Made by a program: the position numbers and the translations under genes. From Eledone cirrhosa (Eukaryota), in assembly GCA_964016885.1 (NCBI GenBank), contig OZ024745.1:129084001-129148000 (forward strand): a stretch of DNA of 64,000 bases. Direction: 5' to 3'. The number at the start of each line of letters is the position of its first letter. The first letter of the stretch is position 1. Below, in pieces: positions 11,396 through 23,560 of this stretch. Under the pieces are notes generated by a model. That model made no database searches. It was not told the origin of the DNA and saw only the letters and a program-made list of their open reading frames with translations.

Positions 11396-11433
11396 TCCTC
11401 AGAAGAAGAGATATTAATCTCGAAATATCAGGA
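11396..11433 (+). ncRNA. Minimal type I hammerhead-like motif with CAGAAGA core (family J)
   Basis: TCCT-CAGAAGA-A-GAGAT-ATTA-ATCTC-GAA-ATAT-C-AGGA. Helices I and II are perfect and helix III is palindromic. Confidence 0.6.
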
Positions 11434-11591
11434 CATGTGAAGGAATTAAGGTAAAAAAACAACAACCCGGTTCCTTACGTTTTGATTTTTCTCCGTCCAA
11501 ACCTGCATTGTGTGGCTTTCAAACTTCGAATTCTTCATACCATATATACAATGCTTCAAGTAAAATACAAATTCCTTCTGTATATATATAT

Positions 11592-11655
<64 letters not shown>

Positions 11656-11685
11656 ATATATATACAGAATATATATATACATACA

Positions 11686-11740
<55 letters not shown>

Positions 11741-11831
11741 CAGAAGGGATATTCAATTTGTTAGTAATTCAACAAATATAAATGTTTATAACTGATTCAG
11801 AGCACTCGACAGTTTTCTGGAGTATAATATA

Positions 11832-12152
11832 CTATGATATTAAATAAATAGAAATTATATTTATAAAACCATATTTATTCTATTATATATATTTCTAGGG
11901 TACTATCCAAGGAAAACTTGAACCGTTAAGGTATATCTTTCCTTGGTTATGTCAAAATTTATAAAACACACTTCGTATTTTATCTGATGATAGCGTACCA
12001 AAATTTTGGAACCCCTGAAATATATATAATAGAATAAATATGGTTTTATAAATATAGTTTCCATGTATTTAATATTATTGTATATATATATATATATATG
12101 TATATACTGAGTGTGGAAACTGAAGCTCATTACTGCTATTTTGTCGATGTGT
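11832..12152 (+). mobile_element. HHR-bearing element family G with inverted 5' fragment
   Basis: 11841-11900 is the reverse complement of 12012-12075. 12430-12510 is an inverted copy of 12070-12152. Embedded among (TA)n tracts. Confidence 0.65.
11976..12036 (+). ncRNA. Type I hammerhead ribozyme motif (family G)
   Basis: TATTTTAT-CTGATGA-TAGCGTACCAAAATTTTGGAACCCCT-GAA-ATATATAT-A-ATAGAATA. Helix I 8 bp with one G-U pair, hairpin helix II, palindromic helix III, AUA triplet. Confidence 0.7.
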
Positions 12153-12381
12153 ATATTTCACAAGATTGTTTATATTTTTGTATTGGAGAAGTTAAGAAAT
12201 TTGACAGATATTCTATAATCCGTATTTTTCCTTTACAATTTTACGGTCAATGGTATACACAGAAATAGAGAGGAATAAAAAAATATTAGTTATTCGATAT
12301 GATAATTAAATGATAGTATTATAGCTGTGAGTGGGCCCCTTTGTCTCTTTCTTACAACCACTACTTTTAGATCCACTCCGC

Positions 12382-12435
<54 letters not shown>

Positions 12436-12524
12436 CAACAAAATAGCAGTAATGAGCTTCAGTTTCCACACTCAGTATATACATATATATATATACAATG
12501 ATATTAAATATATCTATCTATATA

Positions 12525-12578
<54 letters not shown>

Positions 12579-12584
12579 TATATG

Positions 12585-12658
<74 letters not shown>

Positions 12659-12664
12659 TATATG

Positions 12665-12722
<58 letters not shown>

Positions 12723-12732
12723 CATATATATA

Positions 12733-13125
12733 CGAGGGTAATCCCAAAAGTAAGGTCTCCAAAGCGATGGGGACGCAGAGAAACTGTTCGTACCGCTGTT
12801 GGCAACACTGTTGTGATTGGTGCTTCCTTCACTGCCAAACAAGCATGCGCGCGCTTCGCTGGGATGCTCAATCCTGGCTTGGCAGCCGTTGAGAATGGAG
12901 CTCCCGTTGAACGCTACCGCCAAGTGCGAATTTCGCGCAGTTATTATATAGAGGGCAATCCCAAAAGTAAGGTCTCGTTCTGAGGAAAAGTTGCGTAAAG
13001 ATCGGCGGATCACTCTGGATGTTCTCTGGATTTTTGTTCCTGAGGTTTCCCGAAGCACCATCCACAGGATTTTAACGGAAAAGTTGCAATATCAGAAGGA
13101 GACCTTACTTTTGGGATTGCCCTCG
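12733..13125 (+). mobile_element. Internally deleted mariner transposon derivative
   Basis: 28-bp TIRs CGAGGG(T/C)AATCCCAAAAGTAAGGTCTCC, TA at both ends. Transposase remnants '[17 protein letters not shown]' and '[10 protein letters not shown]...[18 protein letters not shown]' (mariner HTH region). Confidence 0.9.
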
Positions 13126-13160
13126 TATATATATAAATATATATTCATATATATATATTC

Positions 13161-13237
<77 letters not shown>

Positions 13238-13238
13238 T

Positions 13239-13289
<51 letters not shown>

Positions 13290-14025
13290 CGCGTGCGCGT
13301 GTGTGTAAACATATATATATATATGAGGAAGAGAGAGAGCGGGAGAAAATGCGAAATAGATACACACACACACACACACCTACACACACACTTATACATA
13401 TATATTTATTTATATTCATATGGATAGATAGATGAAATATAAAAGGAGATAAATAGTTGTACCTTTCATATAAGATACCATCTTTCTTTTGCTATTACTT
13501 TATAGAATAGCTTATTTTTCTCCTTTTCGGAGAAATTCTATACATTGAACTAAATATAATTACTTCAACTCAAAAGAGCTAAAAAATGAGAATAAGAAAA
13601 AGAAAAGCTAGTTAAGTGGTCGGAAAAGAAAGATTATGTATCGTTCAAATGATATAAGACTATATTTTAATATCAGGAAAACGTTAAATCTCTTTCTGGA
13701 ACAGAATTCCTCAGAATTTCCAAGTACGAAAGTGTTTTTCCGTCTTTCTGACTCTGGTTGTTGGTCGTTGGTAGGTTCAATCTCTGTAGTAGAATAATTC
13801 TATTGAATAACAAGTTTTCATCTAACCTAAGTAAATATTCCTTAACTTCCTTGAGCTTCTCGGGTGAATGGCACATACACTGACAGAGAGAGAGAAAGAG
13901 AGAGACACAGGCACACACAAAACACACACAGACACACAGACACTGACACACATACAAAGAAAGAGAGAGGGAGAGAGAGAGAGGGGCAGAGAGAGAGATA
14001 GAGAGAGAAAGAGAGAGAGAGAGAA

Positions 14026-14056
<31 letters not shown>

Positions 14057-14634
14057 CAGGCATACAAACTAACACACACGCACAAACACACACAGACTCA
14101 TACATACACACACACACATAAATACACACACACACACACACAAATACATACACATACACATGCACACACAAAAATATGCACAAACACACACAGACATACA
14201 CATATGAGAGCTAGCCATATAATATATGGCTGCTCTCATCTCAATATATGCCTCTATTTTCACATATGTTAGGTTTATACTTTCATATTGTGTCAAAGAA
14301 TACTATAACGAACTTCTGCGAACCCTCGAGTCCCAAATAATAGGAGGGGGTGGGGTGGGTGAGAATAAGTCGCGTGGAAAATCGATAATATTTATAGGTT
14401 GTCTCTGTCGATTTTCAAAAAACCAGAATTAGTCGTTTAGTTTGTATATAGAGAGCCTAATTCTCCTATTTATTTTTATAACATATGGGATTTTAGTAAT
14501 GTACTTTTTTGTCATGTATTATGTTTTTTCAATGTATAAAGAAAATTAAAATATAATTTTGTTGGAGATAGATTAGCAACTTTTAATAACGTATGGGATT
14601 TCTAGTAGGTGTTTTTTTGTCATATATAATGTTT

Positions 14635-14785
14635 AGAGAATCACTCCAGCTAGAGCCGCACTACTTCTCCAAATTGAGTGACCACAGCTCCGATACTATG
14701 GACATGTGGTTAGAATGTCTCAGGAAGAATCGCTGCACAGATTTTACGAACAAAGAGCAAAACCAACCGACAGGAGACCAGGAGT
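14635..14785 (+). mobile_element. RTE-clade LINE fragment
   Basis: 'RESLQLEPLLLQIE*PQLRYYGHVVRMSQE...KPTDRRPG'. Same family as 26296-26670 and 58505-58885. Confidence 0.75.
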
Positions 14786-14803
14786 AATAGTAGTAGTAGT
14801 AGC

Positions 14804-14848
<45 letters not shown>

Positions 14849-14970
14849 TGTTGTTGTTGTTGTTGTTGTTGCTGTTGTTAGTTGGTAGTGGTGGTGATGG
14901 TGGCGCTGAATGAGTATTACTGTTGTTTAGCTTCAACTCGGTTTTGATGGAAAATACATATATATATATA

Positions 14971-15300
14971 TGTAATATATGTATGAAGAAAAATTGGGTG
15001 TTTTCACACTTATAATTTTATACGTTTAATATATAAAGAAGAAGAAGAAGAAGAATGCAGCATTTGGAGTAAGTTTGAGGAACTGGTCACCATAGTTGTG
15101 CAGCGGAAGCATCTGGGATTGTCAGTTTGTTCTCCAGTCTAGTCTCTTGTCACATTATCTGTTTACATGTTTCAGTAGATATTTGTGTTCATTATAAGTC
15201 CGTGTGTGTGTGTGGTTTTATGTTAATCTATTTATCAGTCTAGCAGTTCTATTTGCTTATCTGTTTGTATTGGCGCCAAACGTGTTGCAGCGAGAGCATC
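14971..15300 (+). mobile_element. Possible decayed LTR followed by a tRNA-Lys primer-binding site
   Basis: TGGCGCCAAACGTGTTGC at 15271-15288 matches 15/18 of the tRNA-Lys(CUU) PBS TGGCGCCCAACGTGGGGC. The segment begins TGTAAT at 14971. No clean CA end and no second LTR seen. Confidence 0.3.
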
Positions 15301-15575
15301 CAGAAGTTTCACTCGTTCTCTCTCTGTATGCATATTTCTCTGCGTGTCTGAATATATGCCTATCAGCCTATATCACCGTCTACCAATCTGTCAGGCTTTA
15401 TGTCTGTCAGGTAATCAGTCGAGCCTCGCCAAGCCGAGTGGTTGTTTCAGTGGGTCTCTTTCACTGTCCTCCCATTCAATATATTCTCCATCCTGTCGGC
15501 CAGGACCCAGAGGCGGAGAGCAAATGTGTTGGTAGTGGAGGATACTGGTTCTGACGTCACTTCTACAACTATATA

Positions 15576-15908
15576 GCGTATTTCCCGGCGTCGAAGACGC
15601 TACTCTTTTCCTAAAATAATTCAAAAATCTACCATGCGTCCTGGAGACCGGTGGATTGGCAGTATCGGTAGACGGTCGGACGCCATGCTTTCCAGCATAG
15701 AATTACGTCCTTTTATGGTCTGAGTTCAAATCCGCCGAGGTTAACTTTGCTTTTCAACCTTGCGGGGTCGATAAAATAAAGTACCAGTAATACACTGTGA
15801 TAATTGCTGGCCTTGTGCCAAAAGTAGAAACAATTTTTCAAATTTTTTGGTTGTCAAAATTAGGGTGCGTCCTCGAGGACGAAGCGTCTTCAGCGCCGGG
15901 AAATACGG
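15576..15908. mobile_element. pogo/Tc1-mariner-type MITE interrupted by a SINE
   Basis: TA at both ends. TIRs GCGTATTTCCCGGCGTCGAAGACGC / GCGTCTTCAGCGCCGGGAAATACGG. Confidence 0.8.
15649..15834 (+). mobile_element. Dominant SINE copy nested in the MITE
   Basis: Consensus match. Confidence 0.85.
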
Positions 15909-16639
15909 TATTTACATTTATACAACTGTGAACCTCAAAGTCTGATACCATATCAGTCAGAATGATCTGTTATTAAAAAAAAAAAAAAAAAGAATATATA
16001 ACTGAAGTTAATTAGTCCGATACCCCATAAGGTCAAACAATAGCTAATACAGTGTTTACATATTTAAATTAATAAGCATAAAAAACCACCACTAATCATA
16101 TATTCCTATATAGTGAATGAAAGAAATCATTTCAACAAATACAGGAGACGATTCTACACAATATAACGTCTTATTAGACCTCTTTAACAAAACAAAGACA
16201 TGAAAGCATTTGTCTAAAAATGATGATAAGTTCTCTAAGTAGATGTACATATGTTGAAAAACACGAGTAGGCGTTTTTCGTTATACGTATTTTCCTCTTT
16301 CTAGACGCCATATCTTTGCTGAGAAAGCACTTTGTATTCTAAGTGTATGTATATGAATGCTTGTGTGTCTGTGTGAGTGTGTGTATGTGCATGAGTGTAT
16401 GTGTATGTGTGCATATGTGCAATTGAATGGGTGAGTCAGTGAATCTGTCTAGTCATCTTTCTGTTCGATGCCATTACTTGCGCAGCTAATGCTTCTGGAA
16501 GTGCAATCGGCAACCTTGCTCTGATTGCAAATAGGTCAAATTCAAAAATTGCAATATAAAACAAACGAACATTGGTGAGGAGAGTAAGTGGAGAAAACTG
16601 TCTGAGTGGTTCTACATTAGTGACTGTAGATATTACTAT

Positions 16640-16640
16640 G

Positions 16641-16678
<38 letters not shown>

Positions 16679-17825
16679 TGTGTGTACGTGTGTGTGTATG
16701 TGTGTGTGTGTGTTGAGAGAGCGTCTATGTGTGTGTGTGAGCGTGTGTGTGTGTGTGAGAGAGAGCGTGTATGTGTGTGTGAGCGTGTGAGCGTGTATGT
16801 GTATGTGTGTGTGTGTGAGAGAGAGAGCATGTATGTGTGTGTGTGAGAGCGTGTATGTGTGTGTTAGTGTGCATGTGTATGTGTGTGGGTGGGTGTGAGA
16901 GAGCGTGTATGTGTGTGTGTGTGTGTGTGTGAAAGCGCGTGTATGTGTGTGTGTGTGTGTGTGAGAGTATGTTTGTGTGTGTGTGTGTCAGAGCGTGAAT
17001 GTGTGTGTGTGTGTGTGAGAGAGAGCGTGTATGTGTGTGTGTGTGCGTGTGAGCGTGTATGTGTATGTGTGTGAGAGAGAGAGCATGTATGTGTGTGTGT
17101 GTGAGAGCGTGTATGTGTGTGTGTGAGAGCGTGTATGTGTGTGTGTGTATGTGTGTGTTAGCGTCCATGTGAATGTGTGTGGGTGGGTGTGAGAGAGCAT
17201 GTATGTGTGTGTGTGTGTGTGTGTGAGAGCGTGTTTGTGTGTGTGAGAGCGTGTATGTGTGTGTGTGTGAAAGAGCGTGTATGTGGGTGTATGCTTGTGT
17301 TTGTTTCCGTAAGAGTGTATATATTGACTATATGCGTGTGTATGTGCCCGTGTGTATGTGTATGTGTGAGCGGGTGTGTGTGTATATGTGAGCGTGTGTG
17401 TGTGTGTGTGTATGTGTGTCTGTTTCCGTAGGAGTGTGACTGTATATATATATATGAGTGTATTGTATGTGTGAAGGTATGTACCTTTCTGTATCTATAT
17501 GTATGTGTATATATGCATGCACGCGTGTGTGTATGTGTTTGGGTGAACAAATCTATATATATGTATGTATGTATGTGTTTGTCTGTCTGTCTGTATGTAT
17601 GTATGTATGTATGTATGTATGTATGTATGTATGTATGTGTCTGTCTGTCTGTATGTATGTATGTATGTATGTATGTGTCTGTCTGTCTGTCTGTATGTAT
17701 GTATGTATGTGTCTGTCTGTCTGTCTGTATGTATGTATGTATGTATGTATGTATGTATGTATGTATGTATGTGTATGTGTATGTATGTATGTATGTATGT
17801 ATGTATGTATGTGTCTGTCTGTATG

Positions 17826-17856
<31 letters not shown>

Positions 17857-17857
17857 G

Positions 17858-17888
<31 letters not shown>

Positions 17889-17901
17889 GTATGTATGTAT
17901 G

Positions 17902-17932
<31 letters not shown>

Positions 17933-18091
17933 GTATGTATGTATGTAAGTATGTATGTATGTATGTATGTATGTATACATGTGTGTCTGTAAATTTGCGT
18001 GAATATATGTGTAACTGTTTATGTGTGCCTATGCAATCATATAAGTGTCTGTATTGGTGTGAATATATCTATATCTGTATGTGTGAGTTTA

Positions 18092-18151
<60 letters not shown>

Positions 18152-18220
18152 GGTGTGTGGGTGTGGAGGTGTGGGTGTGGGTGTGTGTGTGTATGTGGGT
18201 GTGTGGGGGTGTGTGTGTAT
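16640..18220. repeat. Compound (TG)n/(GA)n/(TATG)n microsatellite field
   Basis: Direct reading. (TATG)n block at about 17560-17975. Confidence 0.95.
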
Positions 18221-18279
18221 CTACTTATTTCTGTGTATGTTTGTTTCAATATATGTGTACCTGTCTATATGTATAAAAG

Positions 18280-18840
18280 ACGGAGAAGGGGAGGAGGGAG
18301 ATAGAGAGGAGGAGGGAAGGATAGTGAGAGAGGGAGAGAGAGAGAAGGATAGTGAGAGAGGGAGGGGGAGAGAAGGATAGTGAGAGAGGGGGGAGAGAAA
18401 AGGATAGTGAGAGAGGGGGAAGTGAGAGAAGGGGAGTGAGGCAGCGGAGACAGTTAAAGAGAGCGAGAGGGGGCGAAGAGAGTGGGAGAAGAAGAGAGAG
18501 AAGGAGAGTGAGAGAGGGGGAGAGTGAGAGAGGGGGAGAGAGAAAAGGAGAGTGAGAGAGGGGGAAGTGAGAGAAGGGGAGTGAGGCAGGGGTGACAGTT
18601 AAAGAGAGCGAGAGGGGGCGAAGAGAGTGGGAGAAGAAGAGAGAGAAGGAGAGTGAGAGAGGGGGAGAGAGAGAAGGAGAGTGGGCGAGGGAGAGGGAGA
18701 GAGAGAAGGAGAGTGGGATAGGGAGAGGGAGAGAGGGGAAGAGAGAGAAGGAGAGTGAGAGAGGGGGAAGTGAGAGAAGGAGAGTGAGAGAGGGAGGGAG
18801 AGAGAGAGAAACAGAAAAAGAAAGAGATGAAGAGAGCAAG
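18280..18840. repeat. Purine-rich (AG/AGG) degenerate repeat with internal duplication
   Basis: 'gggggaagtgagagaaggggagtgaggcag...gacagttaaagagagcgagagggggcgaagagagtgggagaagaag' occurs twice (about 18415 and 18560). Confidence 0.85.
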
Positions 18841-19089
18841 AGGAAAGTAATGGTGGAAGGGAGGTGTTAGGATGATGTGTGGGGTGGGGTAGAAGATGTA
18901 GAGTACCGATCCATGATATTGATTATCGAACAGGAAATATTGGGTATCAGTTGGTGTAAAGTAACTTCCTATCATGATGCGTATTGTGTGTATGTGTGTG
19001 TATATATATCTATATACATATATATGTATATATATATGTATATATATAATATATATATATATATATACATCCATAGATTAACACACACA

Positions 19090-19138
19090 CATGTGTATTT
19101 GTGTTTGTATTTGTATTTGTGTGTGTATGTGTGTCTGT

Positions 19139-19179
<41 letters not shown>

Positions 19180-19775
19180 TGTATGTGTGTGTGTGTTTGT
19201 GTGTGTATGTGTGTGTGTATGTATGTGTGTATGTGTGTATGTGTGTATTTGTGTGTGTGTGTGTATGTATGTGTGTATGTGTGTATGTGTGTGTTTGTGT
19301 GTATGTGTGTGTATGTGTACGTGTGTGTGTGTTTGTCTGTGTTTGTGTTTGTGTGTGTATGTGTGTGTGTGTTTGTGTGTATGTGTGTGTGTGTTTGTGT
19401 GTATGTGTGTATGTGTGTGTGTGTGTGTGTGTGGAGCCACCAGCATATAAAAGAGAAGGACTGAGGGGAAGAGACTTGCTGGAGGTATGTGGGTGTATGT
19501 TCGCTACCAATCCATCTTATCGATTATCGATCTTGAGATATTGTGTATCTCTTGGTGTAGAGTAGCTTCTTATCCTGATGAGGCTTTAGTAGTAGTAGTA
19601 GTAGTAGCAAGCAGTAGCAGCAGCAGTAGTAGTAATCGTAGTAGCAGCAGCAGCAGCAGTAGTAGTAATCGTAGTAGCAGCAGCAGCAGCAGAAGGAGTA
19701 GTAGTAGTAGTAGTAGTAGTAGCAGTAGCAGCAGCAGCAGCAGTAGTAGTAATATTAGCAGCAGCAGCAGCAGGT

Positions 19776-19821
<46 letters not shown>

Positions 19822-19900
19822 CAACAGCAGCAGCAGCAGCAGTAGTAGTAATAGTAGCAGCAGCCGCAGCTGTAGTAGTAATAGTAGTAGTAGTAGTTAT
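19090..19900. repeat. (TG)n-derived tract and (AGT/AGC)n trinucleotide tract
   Basis: Direct reading. Confidence 0.9.
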
Positions 19901-21142
19901 TTATTGCTACTCACATTGTGAACGGTGTCTGGTGAAAGATAAAGGGATTAGTGGAAATAAAGTTCTTGTATCAACTCTTTAGTTCTGAGTTGAAACCTCG
20001 CAATGGATTATCTGTGTTGAGCCACGATTTATTATGTAGTTTTACATCATTACCTGATCCTGGGTTATCTATAGCGGGGTTCAATTTGTTGCAAGATTTT
20101 GAGCCAGGTCTGCGGTTTAAAAATATCTTTAAGATATCTTCTCTCCTTCTTCCTGTCTGTCTCGGATGACCTAAGAAAGGTTTTGATTGATCATGCTTTG
20201 CACCCTGACTAATGTGCATCCTCCTTTTTGTGTGTTGTAATTTATAATCTGCTGCTGTTTCTAGCGGCTTGAGTGAAAACAGAGTGATTTCCTCTTGGTT
20301 GCTGCCCCCCCCCCCCCCCCCCCTCCTCCTCATCATCATCACCACAATCATCCTCATCATCGACATCATCATCATCACCATCATCATCATCATCGTTTCG
20401 ACGATTATCCGACTACACCTACATATACAACGTCCGACCACTTCCAATTTATATAGCAGATTTGTTTATATATGAATGACAAAAAGAAAAGTACAAAACT
20501 ATACATGAATTGTTTCTACTAAACCTTCAATTTAAGACACAACCTACATATTTGATAGGACTCCAGCTCACTTCTTCTTCTTCTTCTTCTTCTTCTTTTT
20601 CTTCTTCTTCTTCTTCTTCTTCTTCTTCTTCTTCTTCTTCTTCTTCTTCTTTTGCTCCCCCTAGAACATTGTGCTGCGAACCACCCCACACAACGCCATG
20701 TTCCGAGTCTGCTTTTCAACTCCCCCGTGATGCACGGTGCGTCATGGTGTATCTAACCATTCTTTTTAGGTCTTACTACGGCTGATTTCTTCCAGAGAGA
20801 AAGAAAGAGATGGAAAAATGCAGAGAAGATTCATCCCGGGGGAATAATAAAAAATGTTTACCCTGCACTTTTCATTTTTTCAAAGCTAAAGCTGCCGATC
20901 CAAAATCAGTAATTCAACTCCCTGAAACCTTTCAAATATATGCTGTTCTAGCATGAATATTATGCCCGAAAGGTGGTTTTTCTGCTAGTTTTGATAATAT
21001 CGTGACTTTCAAGTATCGTATGGAACCTGATATTTTTGTTAATTTAACTAAAGGTAGACTAATAGCATAGTTATCAAGTGCTGAATTGCTTTCACTCATT
21101 CTGATACTTAATTTAAGGTGTTGAATAATATGTCTACACATA

Positions 21143-21334
21143 TAATTGTTTCTACTTTTGCCACAAGGCAAGCAATTAACCCAGTACATTACTGGTACTT
21201 TATTTTATCGACCCCGTAAGGATGAAAGGCAAAGTTAACATCGGCGGGATTTGAACTCAGAATGGCAAGGGCCGTAACTCTATGCGTCAAAGCATGGCGT
21301 CCGACCCTCTACCGATACTGCCAATCCACCACCC
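21143..21334 (-). mobile_element. Dominant SINE copy
   Basis: Consensus match on the minus strand. Confidence 0.88.
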
Positions 21335-21635
21335 CTAATAATAATAATAAAATAAGTAAGAAGAAAATAAGAAAAAGAACAAATTACTGTTTGTAAAGGA
21401 TTGTTCTCCTTACACAGGTCAATATAAACATAACACACAACTCAATATGTTTTATGCATATTTTTATGGCTAGGAAGTATCACTATTACTGAGCTGGCAA
21501 CGAGGGTGGCGTTATGATGTGGGGATGTTGGTGGCTTTTATTTCTTGGTTTGCTCTTGATTTTGTGCTTGCTGATGTCGGCGGCGGTTTTAAATTCTCTT
21601 TTCTCAGCACATGACGCCCTTCTCCCTCCCCATAC

Positions 21636-21683
<48 letters not shown>

Positions 21684-21855
21684 GTATAATATATATATAT
21701 ATACATATATATATATAACATACAAATCTACACCCCATCTCACATACTCACAAAGACACACAAACATACATATTACACAAGCGCACATACACTGGAAACA
21801 TATACAGCGCGCGCACACACACATCAACACACACAGATAAACACACACACACACA

Positions 21856-21910
<55 letters not shown>

Positions 21911-22316
21911 ATACATACATCGTACACGAACATGCATCAGAAACGCTTAAACTTTTTTGCAAGACATCATTGATATATACACAATCTTCTTTCTAAACAC
22001 TAATGTTTTCTCGTGTGTGTACATGTGTGTACGTGTGTGTATCTGTGTGTAAGTGTGTGTGTATGTGAGTGTGTGTGTGTATGTGAGCGAGTCTGTGTGT
22101 GTTCGTGAATGTACGTGAGGATTGGTACAACCTTCTCCCCCTCATAGCATCATCCATCAACACACTGACAAGTATTGTTCACAGAAAACACGAAAGACAG
22201 AAACCATACGGCCGCACATATACAACCGCAGGCGAGCACACGTCCATAGAAACATACATAGTCGCAAACACACGGTCATACATACGCATAAGCATACACA
22301 CATAGGCACACACACA

Positions 22317-22428
<112 letters not shown>

Positions 22429-22752
22429 TTGTGTTATAAAGAGTCGGGACCCGACCGCTGACCTCTAGTTGTTTCAACAGCTATTTTCAAACTATAGTCA
22501 CACTCTACTATCCCAAGTACTCTGTTGAGTAATGGTCTAACTAGTTTAATACTGGTTTAATCCTGATGTATAATATATATGAAAACATGGCGTGCTGCGT
22601 GGTTGGAAATGGGTTACATATGAATAAATTTAGTCCTTCATCAGTGATCTTCCAGCCTTCATTGGTATTTCATCGCTATAAAGACCATATACTTGGGACA
22701 CGTAAATAGGGGGAACGAGCGAGACAGTAAACAAACAAATATATATATATAT

Positions 22753-22951
22753 AACGAAGGAAATGTGGTAAGGAACCACGTGGACCATAACGCACCAAAG
22801 TACTCAATACTTAGGGTAGTAGAGTGGGTAATAGGAACGAGTAGGACCCCGACGGCTGAGCTCAAGCCGTTTCGACGGCTAATTCTGGACTAAAAAGTCC
22901 AGAATTAGCCGTTGAAACGGCTTGAGCTCAGCCGTCGGGGTCCTACTCGTT

Positions 22952-22956
<5 letters not shown>
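22753..22956. mobile_element. HHR-derived element family D, foldback copy
   Basis: 60-bp arms 22831-22890 / 22897-22956. (TA)n on both sides. Contains GAA-ACGGC..GCCGT-C-GGGGTC (HHR 3' half). Confidence 0.75.
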
Positions 22957-23013
<57 letters not shown>

Positions 23014-23119
23014 CAAAGATTATTATGATTCGTTGATTACCCAACGAATACAATATTACAATAGATTAGAAGCACTCAACAACAGATTTTCCTGAATTTT
23101 TTTATATTCTATAAATATT

Positions 23120-23318
23120 GTATAAAAACGTTGATATTTGATGAAATAAATCACTGCCAATACTGGAATTGAATAATCAAAACCGTAGCGGTATGTCACA
23201 TATCAAATCTTATATTTTATCTGATGAAAACGTACTTAAACACCATTGTACCTTTGAAATATGTATAATAAAATATATATTTTGATTATGAGAATATTTT
23301 TCGTTTATTAACATTTTG

Positions 23319-23325
<7 letters not shown>
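23120..23325 (+). mobile_element. HHR-bearing element family F
   Basis: Near-identical second copy at 57745-57948. Ends in (TA)n. Confidence 0.75.
23211..23277 (+). ncRNA. Type I hammerhead ribozyme motif (family F)
   Basis: TATATTTTAT-CTGATGA-A-AACGTAC-(loop)-GTACCTTT-GAA-ATATGTAT-A-ATAAAATATA. Helix I is a perfect 10 bp. Confidence 0.75.
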
Positions 23326-23360
<35 letters not shown>

Positions 23361-23365
<5 letters not shown>

Positions 23366-23491
23366 AAAAAGTATGCCCCCGACGGCAGAGCTCAAGCCAT
23401 TTCGACGGCTATTTTTGGACTCTCTACTACCCTAAGTATTGAGTACTCTGGTTCATTATGGTCCATCTGGTTCCTTACCACAATTCCTTCG
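23361..23491. mobile_element. Family D rearranged copy
   Basis: Inverted head joined to the tail 'ctctactaccctaagtattgagtactctgg...ggttccttaccacaattccttcg'. (TA)n flanks. Confidence 0.7.
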
Positions 23492-23560
23492 ATATATATA
23501 TATATATGACTGTATGTATGTATAGTATATTTGGTAGTTCACTGTATATTTGGTAGTACA

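Noticed and set aside
10154-11465. ORFs of 64-289 aa
   Set aside because: They derive from the degenerate 70-bp tandem repeat and show no domain signature.
19571-19590. CTGATGAGGC as a ribozyme core
   Set aside because: It runs straight into an (AGT)n microsatellite with no GAAA or helices.
22555-22660. CTGATGT..GAAAAC and minus-strand CTGATGAAGG motifs
   Set aside because: The cores are incomplete and I could not pair the helices.
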